A stretch of 63,772 nucleotides of DNA, filler included, from Pirum gemmata (lineage: Eukaryota): NCBI GenBank assembly GCA_002812295.1. It is 23 parts of 23 records of this genome, joined end to end, with 100 filler letters (N's around TTAATTAATTAA, not from the genome) between each part and the next. Parts side by side here need not be neighbours in the genome. Positions count along the whole stretch, not along the records: positions 10,796 to 13,408 come from PDIN01005374.1; positions 13,509 to 16,131 come from PDIN01005375.1; positions 16,232 to 18,844 come from PDIN01005376.1; positions 18,945 to 21,548 come from PDIN01005377.1; positions 21,649 to 24,232 come from PDIN01005378.1; 18 more parts are not named here. The stretch is one strand, 5' to 3'. The position numbers and the translations under genes were made by a program. Numbering within the stretch: position 1 is the first letter of the stretch; each line of letters opens with the position of its first letter. Positions 11,486 to 23,728 of this stretch are shown here, piece by piece. The notes under the pieces were generated by a model that saw only the letters and a list, made by a program, of their open reading frames with translations, was not told the DNA's origin and searched no databases.

Positions 11486-13375
11486 TTAACGAATTCTTTC
11501 CAGTTTGATAGGCGAGCATTCCACACGCGGCAAAGAAACTTTTCTTTGTCTTGATTTACTTAAGTATAATACTGAAGCTGCCTTAACAATTGTTTCACTT
11601 TCCTTATTTTTATGATTAACATGTACATTGTCAACACTTATCATTTCTTCATCATTATCATTAATATCATGAACCAAACCATTATTTAAATAAAGAAATA
11701 AATCTGTAAAGTCAATTTCACTTATTTCATCAATTGTATTATTGTTAACATCGAACACCGGCAAAGTTGTTTTTGGCTTAACATCCTTCGTCCCAATCAC
11801 TGATTTTGTTCTTCGAAAACAACGACGAGGATGAAATTCATTTGGTGCAGACACTGAATTTGCTCTTTGAAAGCGACCACGTTTCCCACTAGAAAAGCGG
11901 CCATCTATAGCAACCTTTATGTAATTAGGGCTATATTTAACATCACTTGATTTACCATTATCACTGTTGTTGTTGTTATTCTTATTATCATCACAGATAG
12001 GATTTTGAATTAGCTTGTCAAATGATTTGCGTGTAAGAAACAATTTGGAAGAATGCGAGGAAGAAGAGTTGCAAGAAATTGTTGTTGTACTTTTACTTGC
12101 TGTTTCGCTAGCAGTTGATGATGTTGATGATGATGTTTTCGAAAATTCCATTAGTGAGTTGGAAACTCGTCTTTTAAAAATGGACTGAATTACTTTAGTT
12201 TCAGTGTTACATATTTCAGATTTGCTGCTGTCTTCCCTGGTGTTTTTCTTACCAAACTCAGTATCAATATTAATGGAATTTTTGTCATTTAGGTTTTTGA
12301 AAGAGTCACATTCTTTAATGCTTTCGTAAATTGGCTTGCTGTTAAAGTTGGTTTTATGATTAGAACTCGTACTTGTGGATTGCAGAACTGGTGTAGGCAA
12401 TGGAGAAGATAATCGTGATGGTCCTGCTGCTGAAGAGTTTACAGTAAGTATTGCTGAAGGTGATGTAGACGTTGGATTACTGTTTAATCGACCACGCATT
12501 TTCTTTTTTGTTTTGGGAATCAAGTTGTTTAAACTCAAGCCGGAACAAGACGAAAGATCGAAAACGTAGGGTAAAGATTTACTTCTTGATGATGATTTCA
12601 AATATTCAACTCTAATGTAATCATCATCATCATCATCATAATCATCACCATCATCTTTCTCATCATTGTCATTAACATGTTCAACATCTTCAATGCCATA
12701 TTTCTTATTGTACTGTAAAAACTGGGGGAATAATTCATTTAACATTTTTGATAATTCTAATTCAGCTGCACTGAAGAGCTTTCTATAATTGATTTGGTCA
12801 TACCCACTCTCATAATTTCTAAAAGCGGTTTCGATTTGTTTTCTTATTCTACCAGGAATGTTGATTTGCTTTGGGGATTCCTCAGAGATATAAGTATAAT
12901 AAATTGCCTTTCCTTTTACATAAACCTCAAGAGCTTTTTTATCTTTAAAAGGCTCAAAGGTACTAAAGGATGCATTTTCGTAAGGACATGACTCTACATT
13001 ATAATCATCAGATGTATCTTTTTCTTCTTGTAGTTGTTTTCTAAATAATTTATTGTTGTAGTAGCGACTTTGCTGGCTTATATTAGAACACCTCGTAGAA
13101 GGTGAATCATAATTATCTTCTAACTCAAAGTTGGTCCTATTAGTATTATCGACAATAATAGTATTACAAACACTATCGATATTAATTTCATTTATAATAT
13201 TAATATCTAAGCAAGAAACAAGATCATAATTGTCCATATCAGCGAAACTATCGCCATCATGGTTACTACTATTAACACTACCATTATTATTATTACTACT
13301 ATTATTACTAATATTACTATTATTATTGTTGTTATTGTTATTATTATTATTATTGTTATTGCTATTGTTATTATT
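11486..13375 (-). CDS. RGS-domain protein with long Ser-rich tail, 5'-partial
   Basis: KLFRKQLQEE..YENASF..FEPFK..KAIYYTYISEESPKQINIPGRIRKQIE..LFSAAELELSKML.ELFPQFL matches the RGS pattern. The frame stays open upstream of the listed Met through a poly-N tract. Confidence 0.82.
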   Translation of the reverse strand, partial: NNNNSNNNNNNNNNNNNNNSNISNNSSNNNNGSVNSSNHDGDSFADMDNYDLVSCLDINIINEINIDSVCNTIIVDNTNRTNFELEDNYDSPSTRCSNISQQSRYYNNKLFRKQLQEEKDTSDDYNVESCPYENASFSTFEPFKDKKALEVYVKGKAIYYTYISEESPKQINIPGRIRKQIETAFRNYESGYDQINYRKLFSAAELELSKMLNELFPQFLQYNKKYGIEDVEHVNDNDEKDDGDDYDDDDDDYIRVEYLKSSSRSKSLPYVFDLSSCSGLSLNNLIPKTKKKMRGRLNSNPTSTSPSAILTVNSSAAGPSRLSSPLPTPVLQSTSTSSNHKTNFNSKPIYESIKECDSFKNLNDKNSINIDTEFGKKNTREDSSKSEICNTETKVIQSIFKRRVSNSLMEFSKTSSSTSSTASETASKSTTTISCNSSSSHSSKLFLTRKSFDKLIQNPICDDNKNNNNNSDNGKSSDVKYSPNYIKVAIDGRFSSGKRGRFQRANSVSAPNEFHPRRCFRRTKSVIGTKDVKPKTTLPVFDVNNNTIDEISEIDFTDLFLYLNNGLVHDINDNDEEMISVDNVHVNHKNKESETIVKAASVLYLSKSRQRKVSLPRVECSPIKLERIR

Positions 13376-13537
13376 ATTATAAATGAAATTAATATCGATA
13401 GTGTTTGTNNNNNNNNNNNNNNNNNNNNNNNNNNNNNNNNNNNNNNNNNNNNTTAATTAATTAANNNNNNNNNNNNNNNNNNNNNNNNNNNNNNNNNNNN
13501 NNNNNNNNTACTACTACTACTACCACTACCACTACTA

Positions 13538-13580
<43 letters not shown>

Positions 13581-13582
13581 TG

Positions 13583-13800
13583 CTACGATTTTGCGATCCT
13601 AGTTTCAATTCGAATAAGGTCAAACTGTTCTTCAAATTTCGTTTGCGTTTCCCTTTTTTCTGCTAGTATCTTCAGGTAAGCTTTGAATTTCACTTTTTCC
13701 TTTTCAAGATGGTTTTTTTTAGTGATGGCTATGTCAGATAGTTTTTTCTCTGCCTTCGGTTTTGGTTTAATTTCTGATATCCAATTCTCTACCGCTGACT
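13583..13800 (-). CDS. Small Lys/Glu-rich coiled-coil protein, left copy of an inverted pair
   Basis: ISEIKPKPKAEKKLSDIAITKKNHLEKEKVKFKAYLKILAEKRETQTKFEEQFDLIRIETRIAKS*. No ATG; preceded by a T-rich AG. Confidence 0.45.
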
Positions 13801-13934
13801 ATCCAAAAAAAAACAAAAGGACCGACGGTAATTGCTCCTATATATATAAGGCCAAAGACCGAAAGACCCACATCTGGTTCCATATATATAAACAAAATAA
13901 TAATCGGTATTATTCTTGTTCAAATTTTCTTTAG

Positions 13935-14253
13935 ATGACGGATAATCAGATATCAGAAATTAAACCAAAACCGAAGGCAGAGAAGAAACTATCTGATATA
14001 GCCATCACTAAAAAAAAAACACCTTGAAAAGGAAAAAGTGAAACTCAAAGCATACCTAAAGATACTAGCAGAAAAAAGGGAAACGCAAACGAAATTTGAA
14101 GAACAATTTGACCTTATTCGAATTGAAACTAGGATCGCAAAATCGAACGTTCAAGCAGCAAAAAATAACGTAGAGCTGCTCGAGAAGTCCAAGGCTAATT
14201 TCCCGGGCTCTCCAAAATTCAGCCTTCACAGAAGCAAAGGTTACGGAGAATAA
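13935..14253 (+). CDS. Small coiled-coil protein, right copy; one extra A in an A10 run breaks the frame
   Basis: ATG at 13935 gives MTDNQISEIKPKPKAEKKLSDIAITKKK; the +1 frame continues HLEKEKVKLKAYLK...KGYGE*. Frameshift at ~14010-14019 is either real or a homopolymer error. Confidence 0.5.
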
Positions 14254-14582
14254 TAATAATTATTTCTCGTGTAAATAACAAATAAAGAAAAAAATAATAT
14301 ATTAAATAAAAATATATAAAAATTATATATATAAAAAAAAAGAAAATTTTTTTTTTTTTAAATCAACAACGGATGTGTGCCAAAATAGTAAAAATAAAGA
14401 ATGCTAATAATATATATAATTTTTTATTATTATTAAAAAATTTTATTTAATTTTTTTTTTATTTTTTATCAAGGACTTCAAAAGTTTCTTTTTTGAAGTC
14501 CTTGTTTTTATTTATAATTATTTACTTGATTTTTCTTGCTTGTTTTTTTTTAAAAATTTTATCATACCGAAAAAAATCATCG

Positions 14583-14667
<85 letters not shown>

Positions 14668-14723
14668 NNNNNNNNNNNNNNNNNNNNNNNNNNNNNNNNN
14701 NNNNNNNNNNNNNNNNNNNNNNN

Positions 14724-14798
<75 letters not shown>

Positions 14799-15080
14799 CA
14801 CCACCACCACTACTTACTACTACTACTACTACTTCTCTTACTACCACAACTTCTGCTACCACTACCACTACTACCACTATCATCTATTTCTTTACTTACA
14901 GTTATCCTCTCAATCTTTAATTTTGTATTAATACTTTCTAAGTGTACAATTGGACTTGTTTATAAAATTCAACATTTAGTATAAAATACTGAATTAATTA
15001 AAACATGTCAGATAGTTTAACCATAATAATAAACACGCTAGTCTAGTTTAGTCTACCAGTAGTCTAACAATAATAGTTTT

Positions 15081-15261
15081 ATGCTTTTCAATTGTTTTGT
15101 CATCATAAAATATACAATAAAGGGTGCCAAATTAATACAATATAAATCCATTTTATTTAATTTGGTATATTTTATTATTTATTTATTAAATTAAAAGTAT
15201 CAATTTAAATATTATAACCAACCAAATAAATATTCAGAGTGACAAAATAACTGAAAAGCAC
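15081..15261 (+). mobile_element. MITE family A, full copy
   Basis: ATGCTTTTCAATTGTTTTGTCA ... TGACAAAATAACTGAAAAGCAC. Confidence 0.88.
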
Positions 15262-15650
15262 ATGTAGACTATCGTCTATTACATTATTTATAGCGGTCCT
15301 CTCAATCTTTAAGTTGGTATTGTTTAAGTGTAAAATTGGTCTTTTTTATAAAATAAAACATTTAATATAACATACCAAATTGATTAAAATGTGCCCGATT
15401 GTTTTACTATAATAACAATTTGGTACGTTTTCATTTGGAGATAGGTTACAAAAGGAATTGAGATGGCAAAAAATTATTACTTAAAATAGTAGTTTACTAT
15501 ATTAATTATTACTATTAATAGTTATAAGTTAACTTTTTATAGTAATTTAAGTCAAATTTTCAATTTTTGCTGTACTAGGTTGGTATTAGTATTATGACGT
15601 CATGTCATCCCTCCTCTATGAGCCAACGATAGAACGAAGAGGCAAAAATT

Positions 15651-15882
15651 AGAAGGGGTGAGATATCTACTGGAACTTTTTTCGAACAGATGCTTATCGA
15701 GCCAACCTTAATTCCGTGTCTCTTACTAATAATAGCAGTTAAATAGCTTAAAATAGTAAATCTAATTATAATAGATACCAATTAAAGTAATAATATTAAC
15801 ATTAATAGTATTAAAACCATAAAATTGGAAAAGTTCCGGCAGTTGTTCGGTAATAATAAAATGACGTCATCTCACCCCTACT
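15651..15882. mobile_element. MITE family D (~230 bp) with perfect 8-bp TSD
   Basis: AGAAGGGGTGAGAT ... ATCTCACCCCTACT, flanked by CAAAAATT (15643-15650 and 15883-15890). Near-identical to 62097-62328. Confidence 0.9.
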
Positions 15883-16549
15883 CAAAAATTCCTAGGCAAA
15901 AATCTATTGTCCTCAATCGTTAATTTGGTACTGTTTATATATATATTGGCACGTTTTTATAAAATATAATATTACATAAAACATACCAAATTAATTAAAA
16001 AATGTCCGATAGTTTAACCATAACAATAATTTGGTATGTTTAATTCAGTTTTGAAAAAGATGTACAAAAAGACTACAAGAGGAGTACAAGAAGAGGAGGG
16101 ATGACATGACGTCATAATACTAATACCAACCNNNNNNNNNNNNNNNNNNNNNNNNNNNNNNNNNNNNNNNNNNNNTTAATTAATTAANNNNNNNNNNNNN
16201 NNNNNNNNNNNNNNNNNNNNNNNNNNNNNNNATTATTATAATTTATAATAAGTGGGTTCTTGAACTTCTTGTAATATTTAATTGTAAGAATTTATTTCTT
16301 TATCATACGAAGGGGATGATCCCCCTGGAGATCACTTGGAGATCTTTAGTATAGAATCAGATAGATGTCTAGCTAGATCTAGAGATATAGATGAGATATC
16401 TATATATAGACTTTCCTTTCCTTTTTTGGTAGGCACCCATTCATTTATTATTTTTCAAAATATCAGATATTAAACTATCAGATAGCTGTTGTTTACAGTT
16501 TATTAAATATCATAATAGTTCAAAAACTGAAATAAACGTACCAAAGTAT

Positions 16550-17180
16550 TACTACACAAGTTACACACACACTCTACAACTCTGCACACTACACTACACT
16601 GCACTACTCTGTACTACACTACACTACTCTTCACTACACTACACTACCAATACAAGTACAATACAATACAATACAATATTAACACAATACCAATACACTT
16701 CATACAGTACAATATGGTGCTTTTAGGCTCCAACACAACGATACACTAGTACTACACTACACTACCGACTACTACCGGTACACTGCAACTACACTGCAAC
16801 TACACTACTACACTACTACTACTACACTACAATACAAATACAATGCAATACATTTTTGTTCGCTGAAAATTTTACTACCATTCCGAACACCTCAGGCGTG
16901 CACGTGCAAAAAAGAGAATGTCATATGCATTGCGCGTGCCGGATGGAAGGGGTACAAGGTGCACAAACGGTATCGATAACAAACCTAAAGAAAAAAATCA
17001 CTATCGCACTTTGTTGAAGTGTATTAGTATTGTATTTTAATATTGTATTGTATTATATTGTATGCTATTGCATTGTATTTGGATTTGTAGTGCAGTGTAG
17101 TGTACTGGTAGTGTAGTGTAGTGTATCGTTGCGTTGGAGCCTAAAAACACCATCGATATAATATCATATCGTACTGTACC
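16550..17180. repeat. Foldback-like structure built from ACACT/ACAAT-rich units
   Basis: ATGGTGCTTTTAGGCTCCAACACAACGATACACTA (~16714) is inverted at ~17119-17153. The pentamer arrays are mirrored around a more GC-rich spacer at ~16855-17010. Confidence 0.7.
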
Positions 17181-17338
17181 TGTTTAATAGCGAATCTGTA
17201 TGATAATGTGCACCGTGTATGTCGCCGTACACGGTACTAGTGTAAATAGTGTAAAACTAGTGTAAAACTGCAAAATCCGCCTTTTGAATATATGAGCTCA
17301 AGCCTCAAAATCCTCAAATGCCTCAAAATCTGACGAAA

Positions 17339-17388
<50 letters not shown>

Positions 17389-18149
17389 CAAATTTTCCCG
17401 TCTCGTAGTAATACGGTAGTATTATTACTACTAGTATACTACTACTATAGCTACTACTATCAAAAGATCAAAATTTCAGAAATACTAGTAGACTATAGAG
17501 AAGCTAATTAGACTGACTAACACATGTAGACTACAACAGAGATTGATAAGTTACAAATTACAATAGCCAGTTTTTGGCTAGTTTAATACTAAACAACTAT
17601 GATACTTCAAAGATTGTATCATTTACTTAATCTTACCTATGCCTCTTTGCCCAAAACACTTTTGGTCATAATTTTAAAGTTCATTTTAATAATTAATTAC
17701 TGCCTAAAACAGTTTAAGTCACACTTTCAAGCAATGACNNNNNNNNNNNNCAAGTATACAATAAATAGTACCAAATTAATACAATATAAACCCATTTAAT
17801 TTAATTTGGTATATTTTATTATCTATGTATTGATTTAAAAATAACAATTTAAAGATTATAACCTTCCAAATAAATATTCAGAGTAACAAAATAAATGAAA
17901 AGCACGATATCGATTTATTTAAAAGTATCAATTTAAATATTATAAACAACCAAATAAATATTCGGAGTGACAAAATAAATAAAAAGCACAATAGTGTTTC
18001 GGATATTGCATCTCTTATCTGACAAATACATTCGAAAAATGAAAATGCTGGTGAAACGAAAAAGTCAGTAAACGAAACGAAAAAGTCGGACGTTTTTAGA
18101 TTATAGGTAGTATTAGGTACTGGTACACTAGCTAGCTAGCTCTAGCTAA

Positions 18150-18554
18150 GGGTGTTCGGTTTGTAGACCTTCAGTATTTTTTTTTTAAAGACCTACAGAT
18201 TCGGAGAGGGAAAATTTTAAAAAAAATTACGCAAAATTGACGTATTTTTTTTTTTTTTTACAAATTAGTAAGTCAAATGTAAGTTTTTAGTAAGATAATC
18301 TACTAAGATTCGAAAAAAAATTCCAAAAAAAAACGTTTGCCCAGAGATATTTTTTGACAGAGGTCTTGAATAGCTTCTTGAATCTTCTTGATGGGATTGG
18401 ATTTTTTCGAAAATTTAAGGTGAAAATGGGAACTAAGTTCACCTTTTTATCAACTTATCAAGATTCAAGACCTTCACTTCTGCTATCAAGCGGGGCCGCG
18501 AAAAAACCACCTCTGCAAATCCCGCAAGAATAGGGAAGGTCTACAAACCGAACA
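18150..18554. mobile_element. ~400 bp MITE with 20-bp TIR (PIF/Harbinger-like end)
   Basis: TGTTCGGTTTGTAGACCTTC (18153-18172) / GAAGGTCTACAAACCGAACA (18535-18554). Left end is TAA|GGGTGTTC; the right end abuts a truncated family C copy (18555-18681). Confidence 0.75.
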
Positions 18555-18983
18555 ACTACGTTACGCCAATTTCCGGTCAAACACAGCTTCAAATACCCCT
18601 ACCTACCCACCCTTCGACGTTAACTTCCGGTCAAATACCACCTACCTACCCCTTAACGTGACGTATTATTTGAATGCTCCCCTAGCTAGGTCTATTTTTA
18701 AAATTTTATTTATAGGTTTTGTGAACTTTTTGTGAGCACGAGAAGCATATTTTGTGAACAGGCTTCTAACTAGTAGACATCTATAGACAACTAACTTAGC
18801 CACTAGTAGAGAATCGAATAGTAGATATTATTATTATTATTATTNNNNNNNNNNNNNNNNNNNNNNNNNNNNNNNNNNNNNNNNNNNNTTAATTAATTAA
18901 NNNNNNNNNNNNNNNNNNNNNNNNNNNNNNNNNNNNNNNNNNNNACCAGGCCTTCAGCCTGGAGTGGCCCAAAATACGCATAA

Positions 18984-19034
<51 letters not shown>

Positions 19035-19201
19035 ATAAATAAATAAATAAATAAAAAATAATAAAATAATAATAAAAAAACAAACTCAATTATTTTATTA
19101 ATAATTTTAATTAAAATACTAATACTAATAAGTAATACCAATAATAAACAATAAAACAATAAAACAACAACAACAACAAAAAAAAAAAACAGAAACCGAT
19201 C

Positions 19202-19987
19202 ATGCATTTCCTAAGTATTCTTTCGCTTTTCTTGTTGGCCTTAAAAGCCAACACAGCCACCCTTAACGGTAACAACGAAGCCATTGTAAAAAACACTGAT
19301 TTAAACAACGACGAACTTACTGGAAACTTGCGCTTAATCGCGGGTATCGTTAATAAAGAAATTTCCAAAATTGCAAACCCAATTATCATAGACACCCCAG
19401 AAAAAGAAAAAGCTGACCATGTTGATTTTAGCGTAACTTCAATCGAAGGTGTACCTTCTGTACAATTAGATCATTTGGCTTTAAGTAATCTGAAATGTGG
19501 TGGTTGGTTTTGTTCTGAACCATCAGCTGCTCTAAGTTTTGATATTAATGCAAAGGAATTAGCTGCCAATTTATTAGTAGAATTTGATCGAGGATTGACT
19601 GCGTTGATTATGACAGACCGTATGATCCCGATTATTTTGAAAAATCTTGATTTTGGTATAAAAAACTTGGGTGCAAAACTTGATTTTGGATTTACCAAAG
19701 TTGTGATTAGTACCAAGGAAATTGATCCTTCCGATGTTGTTCTCACTTGGGGTAAATTTGATATAGGAAAAATCACTTTCCCGGAGAAATGCCGGATTCC
19801 CGGCTGTAATGTACCGGCAAAAATAAATAACTTTTTTCTAAGTAATATTATTGAAAGCATAGTAAACAACGAACACTTTCAAAATTGTATTAAGAAAGTT
19901 GTTATTCAACAAGTCAACAAAGCCATTAAAACTACTGCTCCATTTGAGCTTAAATATTTCGAAACTCTTCGTAAGGTATTGGGGTAA
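19202..19987 (+). CDS. Intronless secreted protein, possibly TULIP (BPI/Takeout/Der p 7-like) fold
   Basis: 261-aa ORF with N-terminal signal peptide, an N-terminal helix, long alternating beta-pattern segments and a long amphipathic C-terminal helix. Fold assignment is inference. Confidence 0.75.
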   Translation: MHFLSILSLFLLALKANTATLNGNNEAIVKNTDLNNDELTGNLRLIAGIVNKEISKIANPIIIDTPEKEKADHVDFSVTSIEGVPSVQLDHLALSNLKCGGWFCSEPSAALSFDINAKELAANLLVEFDRGLTALIMTDRMIPIILKNLDFGIKNLGAKLDFGFTKVVISTKEIDPSDVVLTWGKFDIGKITFPEKCRIPGCNVPAKINNFFLSNIIESIVNNEHFQNCIKKVVIQQVNKAIKTTAPFELKYFETLRKVLG

Positions 19988-20610
19988 TTATGATATTAAT
20001 TAATTATATGTATAATGGTATTTTTCAGTTATTCATATTTAAAAAAAAAAAGCTGTAGAAAACAGAAATTAATAAAAAAACTAAGAAAATTTGATTTTCA
20101 CCAAAATTTTAATGAAAATTTGATTATAATATCATCAATATCAACATTATCAACATTATCAGTATTAGTATTATCAATGCCATTATTATTATAACTATTA
20201 TTGTCAATATTACCGGTATTATGTATTTTAATACTAGTACTAGTATTACCAATATTATGTATTTATTTGACGCAAGGTTATAATTAGGGTTAGGGTTAGG
20301 GTTAGGAACTGTTACTGTTCGGGTTCTACTACTACTAGCTAGAGTAAGGGTCAATCCGGATTGAATAGTGACGTCATAACCTACATTCCTTTGAACCGAC
20401 TAGTTCACTATAACCGAAGACTGCTAACCACAGGGCCACCCATTGATAATATGTAATCCCTAGCCGTAACCCCTAGGTATGATATGGTGCATTGCGTCTA
20501 AGAATTACCCAAGTACCATTATCTGGTTGGATTGAATTTCAACCTAAAAAGTATAGTGAAAATGAACTACTTTCGCAAATACCCTTTCCATTTGTAATTA
20601 TTCATATTCA

Positions 20611-20654
<44 letters not shown>

Positions 20655-20740
20655 TTATCATTATTATCATCATCATTATTATTAACATTATTATTAACAT
20701 TATTATTATTATTATCATTATTAATTAATATCATTATTAA

Positions 20741-20782
<42 letters not shown>

Positions 20783-20789
20783 TATTATT

Positions 20790-20822
<33 letters not shown>

Positions 20823-20997
20823 TGTTGTTTTCTGTTTTCAAACGTATGACTTTTCGATTCTTCTTCTAATTAGCACCCAAATAACCGAAAATGGACACTC
20901 ACCTTCCTTAAAACCCCACAATATATTAGCGACAAATTTTTACCTTATAAGTTAAAATATTAAACTATTCTGGGGATCAAAATTATTACATATTATT

Positions 20998-21272
20998 AAG
21001 AGGTCTGATAGGATGACGTCACTATATTAAAAATAAAAAAAATAAAATACTACGTGCGAGATTACAATAGCCCAAAGAAAATAGGTTCTTTTTTAATTAA
21101 ATATCATACATTTCCGTCTTTAAAACAACAGTTGAGTGAAGTAAACGTCACTCCTCTCATCTCTTCCAAATATTTCCAAATACAGTATTATAATTAATAA
21201 CAATACTGAAACCCGCACGGAGGAAAAAAAATAGTGATGTCATCCATATTAACCTCTTACTTCAGACCTCTT
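20998..21272. mobile_element. MITE-like element (~275 bp)
   Basis: AAGAGGTCTGA / TCAGACCTCTT ends, plus a subterminal GGATGACGTCACTAT / ATAGTGATGTCATCC inverted pair. Confidence 0.65.
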
Positions 21273-21306
21273 GATATTATATAATTATGATACAGATTGC
21301 ACATAA

Positions 21307-21548
21307 TCAGATTTCCAAACTCTTTTCAAACAAGTCTGCACATTCTTCAACAATATTATAATTAAGAAGTTCCTGAATAAATTTCTTATAAGGCCTTTCT
21401 GTGTGATTATCTACGACACTATCTTCCTGGTAGTTAATATCATTATGATCATCAGCATCATCATTGTTATCATTGTTTTCATTATAAAAATTTAAGACAT
21501 TTTTTGAATTTCCTCTTAAATTATAATTATTATTATTATTATTATTAT
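21307..21548 (-). CDS. 3' end of an unknown Asn/Asp-rich protein
   Basis: Open frame from the contig edge: ...NLRGNSKNVLNFYNENNDNNDD...RPYKKFIQELLNYNIVEECADLFEKSLEI*. Confidence 0.5.
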
Positions 21549-21962
21549 NNNNNNNNNNNNNNNNNNNNNNNNNNNNNNNNNNNNNNNNNNNNTTAATTAA
21601 TTAANNNNNNNNNNNNNNNNNNNNNNNNNNNNNNNNNNNNNNNNNNNNATAATAATAATAATAATAATAATAAGGATGTGTAACTCAGCGTAAGTTCGCA
21701 AGCTCGCTTTAAAAAAAAGTTCGCATGTTTTTTTTTTTAATAATCTTGATTCTTTGTGGTGCGTTAAAGACGTCATTTGAAAATATTCTAAAAATAAAAG
21801 AAAAGACTTCGAAAAGTTGCCAAATTAAAAGTTATAAATAAACTAAAACATAAATTGGTATTATTTGATATTTCTAAAAGTACCAATTTAATAATTGGGT
21901 CCAATTTAGGGAAATTTACTACAATATGATCATTTTTTTATTGGATAAATGACGTATTGTAA

Positions 21963-22170
21963 AGGAGGGATGAGATGACGTCATTTTACTAATTGAAGGC
22001 TCTGGTACCAAAAGTTCGCCAAAATGAATAGAATCTTTTAAAATAGCAGCTACTATTTATAGCTATATAAATACTATTTATGGTAACTGCGAAGTGGCGA
22101 ATAGCCTTCCACTTCACCCCTCGGACCCTCGCCCTTTTAAATGTTCGCAAAGGGGGTGCTCACCCCTCCT
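21963..22170. mobile_element. MITE (~210 bp) with perfect 8-bp TSD, TIR related to family D
   Basis: AGGAGGGATGAG ... CTCACCCCTCCT, flanked by TATTGTAA on both sides. Confidence 0.85.
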
Positions 22171-22552
22171 TATTGTAACCATTTATAGGCATTACAACTA
22201 TTATCACATCCAAAAGCAACAGCTAGCTAGCTAGCTAGTAGCTAGTAGACTAGTAGTAGTCCTTATTTTTTTTGGCAAACGAACATTTCATTTTTTTTTT
22301 CTATCCCTTTCAGATTGTAAACTAAGCCATTAAAACGGCAATCTAGAATTTTTATATGGTAAAAACGTCTAACTTTTGGGTTTTCACTAGAATTTTCAGT
22401 TTTCGAAAATTAGTAATGTGTAGTAATGCAATATTTGGTTAATAGGTTTGAAATTTTCGAACATAAAAAAAAAAGGGTGGGTCTTTTAGTTTAGTAAGTA
22501 AAAAAAAAGTTTGCACCATAATTATGATATATATAAAAATGGGCACTAAAGC

Positions 22553-22710
22553 AGTAGGGGTGAGATGACGTCATTTTATTAATACCGAACAGCTGCCGGA
22601 ACTTTTCCGATTTTATGGTTTTATTACTATTACTAGTAAGAAACACGGAACTAAGGTTGGCTCGATAAGCATATGTTCGAAAAAAGTTCTAGTAGATAAT
22701 ATCCTCTACT
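22553..22710. mobile_element. MITE family D, internally deleted copy
   Basis: AGTAGGGGTGAGATGACGTCA... reverse complement of 62097-62328 minus the middle. Flanks ACTAAAGC / ACTAGAGC (8-bp TSD, 1 mismatch). Confidence 0.85.
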
Positions 22711-22908
22711 ACTAGAGCCTGTCACTTTGCCCAAACCCCCAAACCTTTATAATTTCCATTTAAGTTATTTTAGATACTAAATAAAGTTATTTTATTATAA
22801 TATTTCTATATTAAAAAAATTATTACCCATTTTGGTAAATATGCTGCTTCAAAAAAGTTTCATTTTTTTTTTTTTTATCGTTCTGAAAGTTCTGAACTTC
22901 TAAAGTTC

Positions 22909-23168
22909 CAGGGTTGTCAAATCCGACTTATCCATTATACAGTAACATCACTTTAAACTACCCCTATAAGGGCTCGGCTTCATATTTTTTGAGTCGGATC
23001 GATACAGAAAAATTTCTCGAATCATATTCTGCTATTATATATTTTTGATTTTTTAAATTGGTCGAGTAATTTGAGTCGGGGTATTCGGTCGGTTTCGAGT
23101 ATTTTAGGGTAGTTTAAAGTGATGTTACTGTGTATGGATTCTATGGAAAAGTCGGATTTGACAACCCC
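22909..23168. mobile_element. hAT-like MITE with long (~55 bp) bipartite inverted ends
   Basis: CAGGGTTGTCAAATCCGACTT..ACAGTAACATCACTTTAAACTACCC / GGGTAGTTTAAAGTGATGTTACTGT..AAGTCGGATTTGACAACCC. CAGGG starts are typical of hAT. Confidence 0.75.
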
Positions 23169-23728
23169 AGTTCTGAACCAGCTGATCTGAACTTTGCATG
23201 ACTTTTTGCATGGAGATTATTCTGAATTTTTTTATCTTTTTATTTTTTTTTTTATCATCATAATTATTATCATAATAATATAAAAAAATTTGTTTTATAA
23301 ATCATAATATCACTCCCTGGTACAATATCGTTCATAGTTTTTAATTCTCGTTTTTGTTCTTCTTATTATTTTATCATTTATCATTTTATTATTACCTGGG
23401 TATTATTATTATTATTATTATTGATTTCATTCTGTTTTTTTTTAATTTTACCATTTAGTCTATTTATTGTTATTACTTTGAACTAAATTTTGAATTACTA
23501 TATTTTGTTCATTTTTTCAATTTTTAAATTTGTTGTTATTATTATTACTATTACAGAATTTACTTACTTGGTCTTACCTAAATCCATTTATTAATATTAA
23601 TATTTATTTATTAATTACTATTGTCATCACACTATTATTATTATCAGTGTTATTTTATTTTACATTTCACAATATTTTTCTTCAGAATTTACTTGGTCTC
23701 AATAAATTTACCTAAATAAATAATAAAC

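Noticed and set aside
13166..13408. 33-bp perfect inverted repeat (13166-13198 / 13376-13408) in the RGS gene
   Set aside because: The second copy sits at the extreme contig end after an ATT microsatellite and interrupts the frame; most likely a mis-join or fold-back artefact.
14008..14025. Programmed -1 frameshift at A-AAA-AAC
   Set aside because: Restoring the frame needs +1, and the sister copy is in frame; homopolymer error or mutation is simpler.
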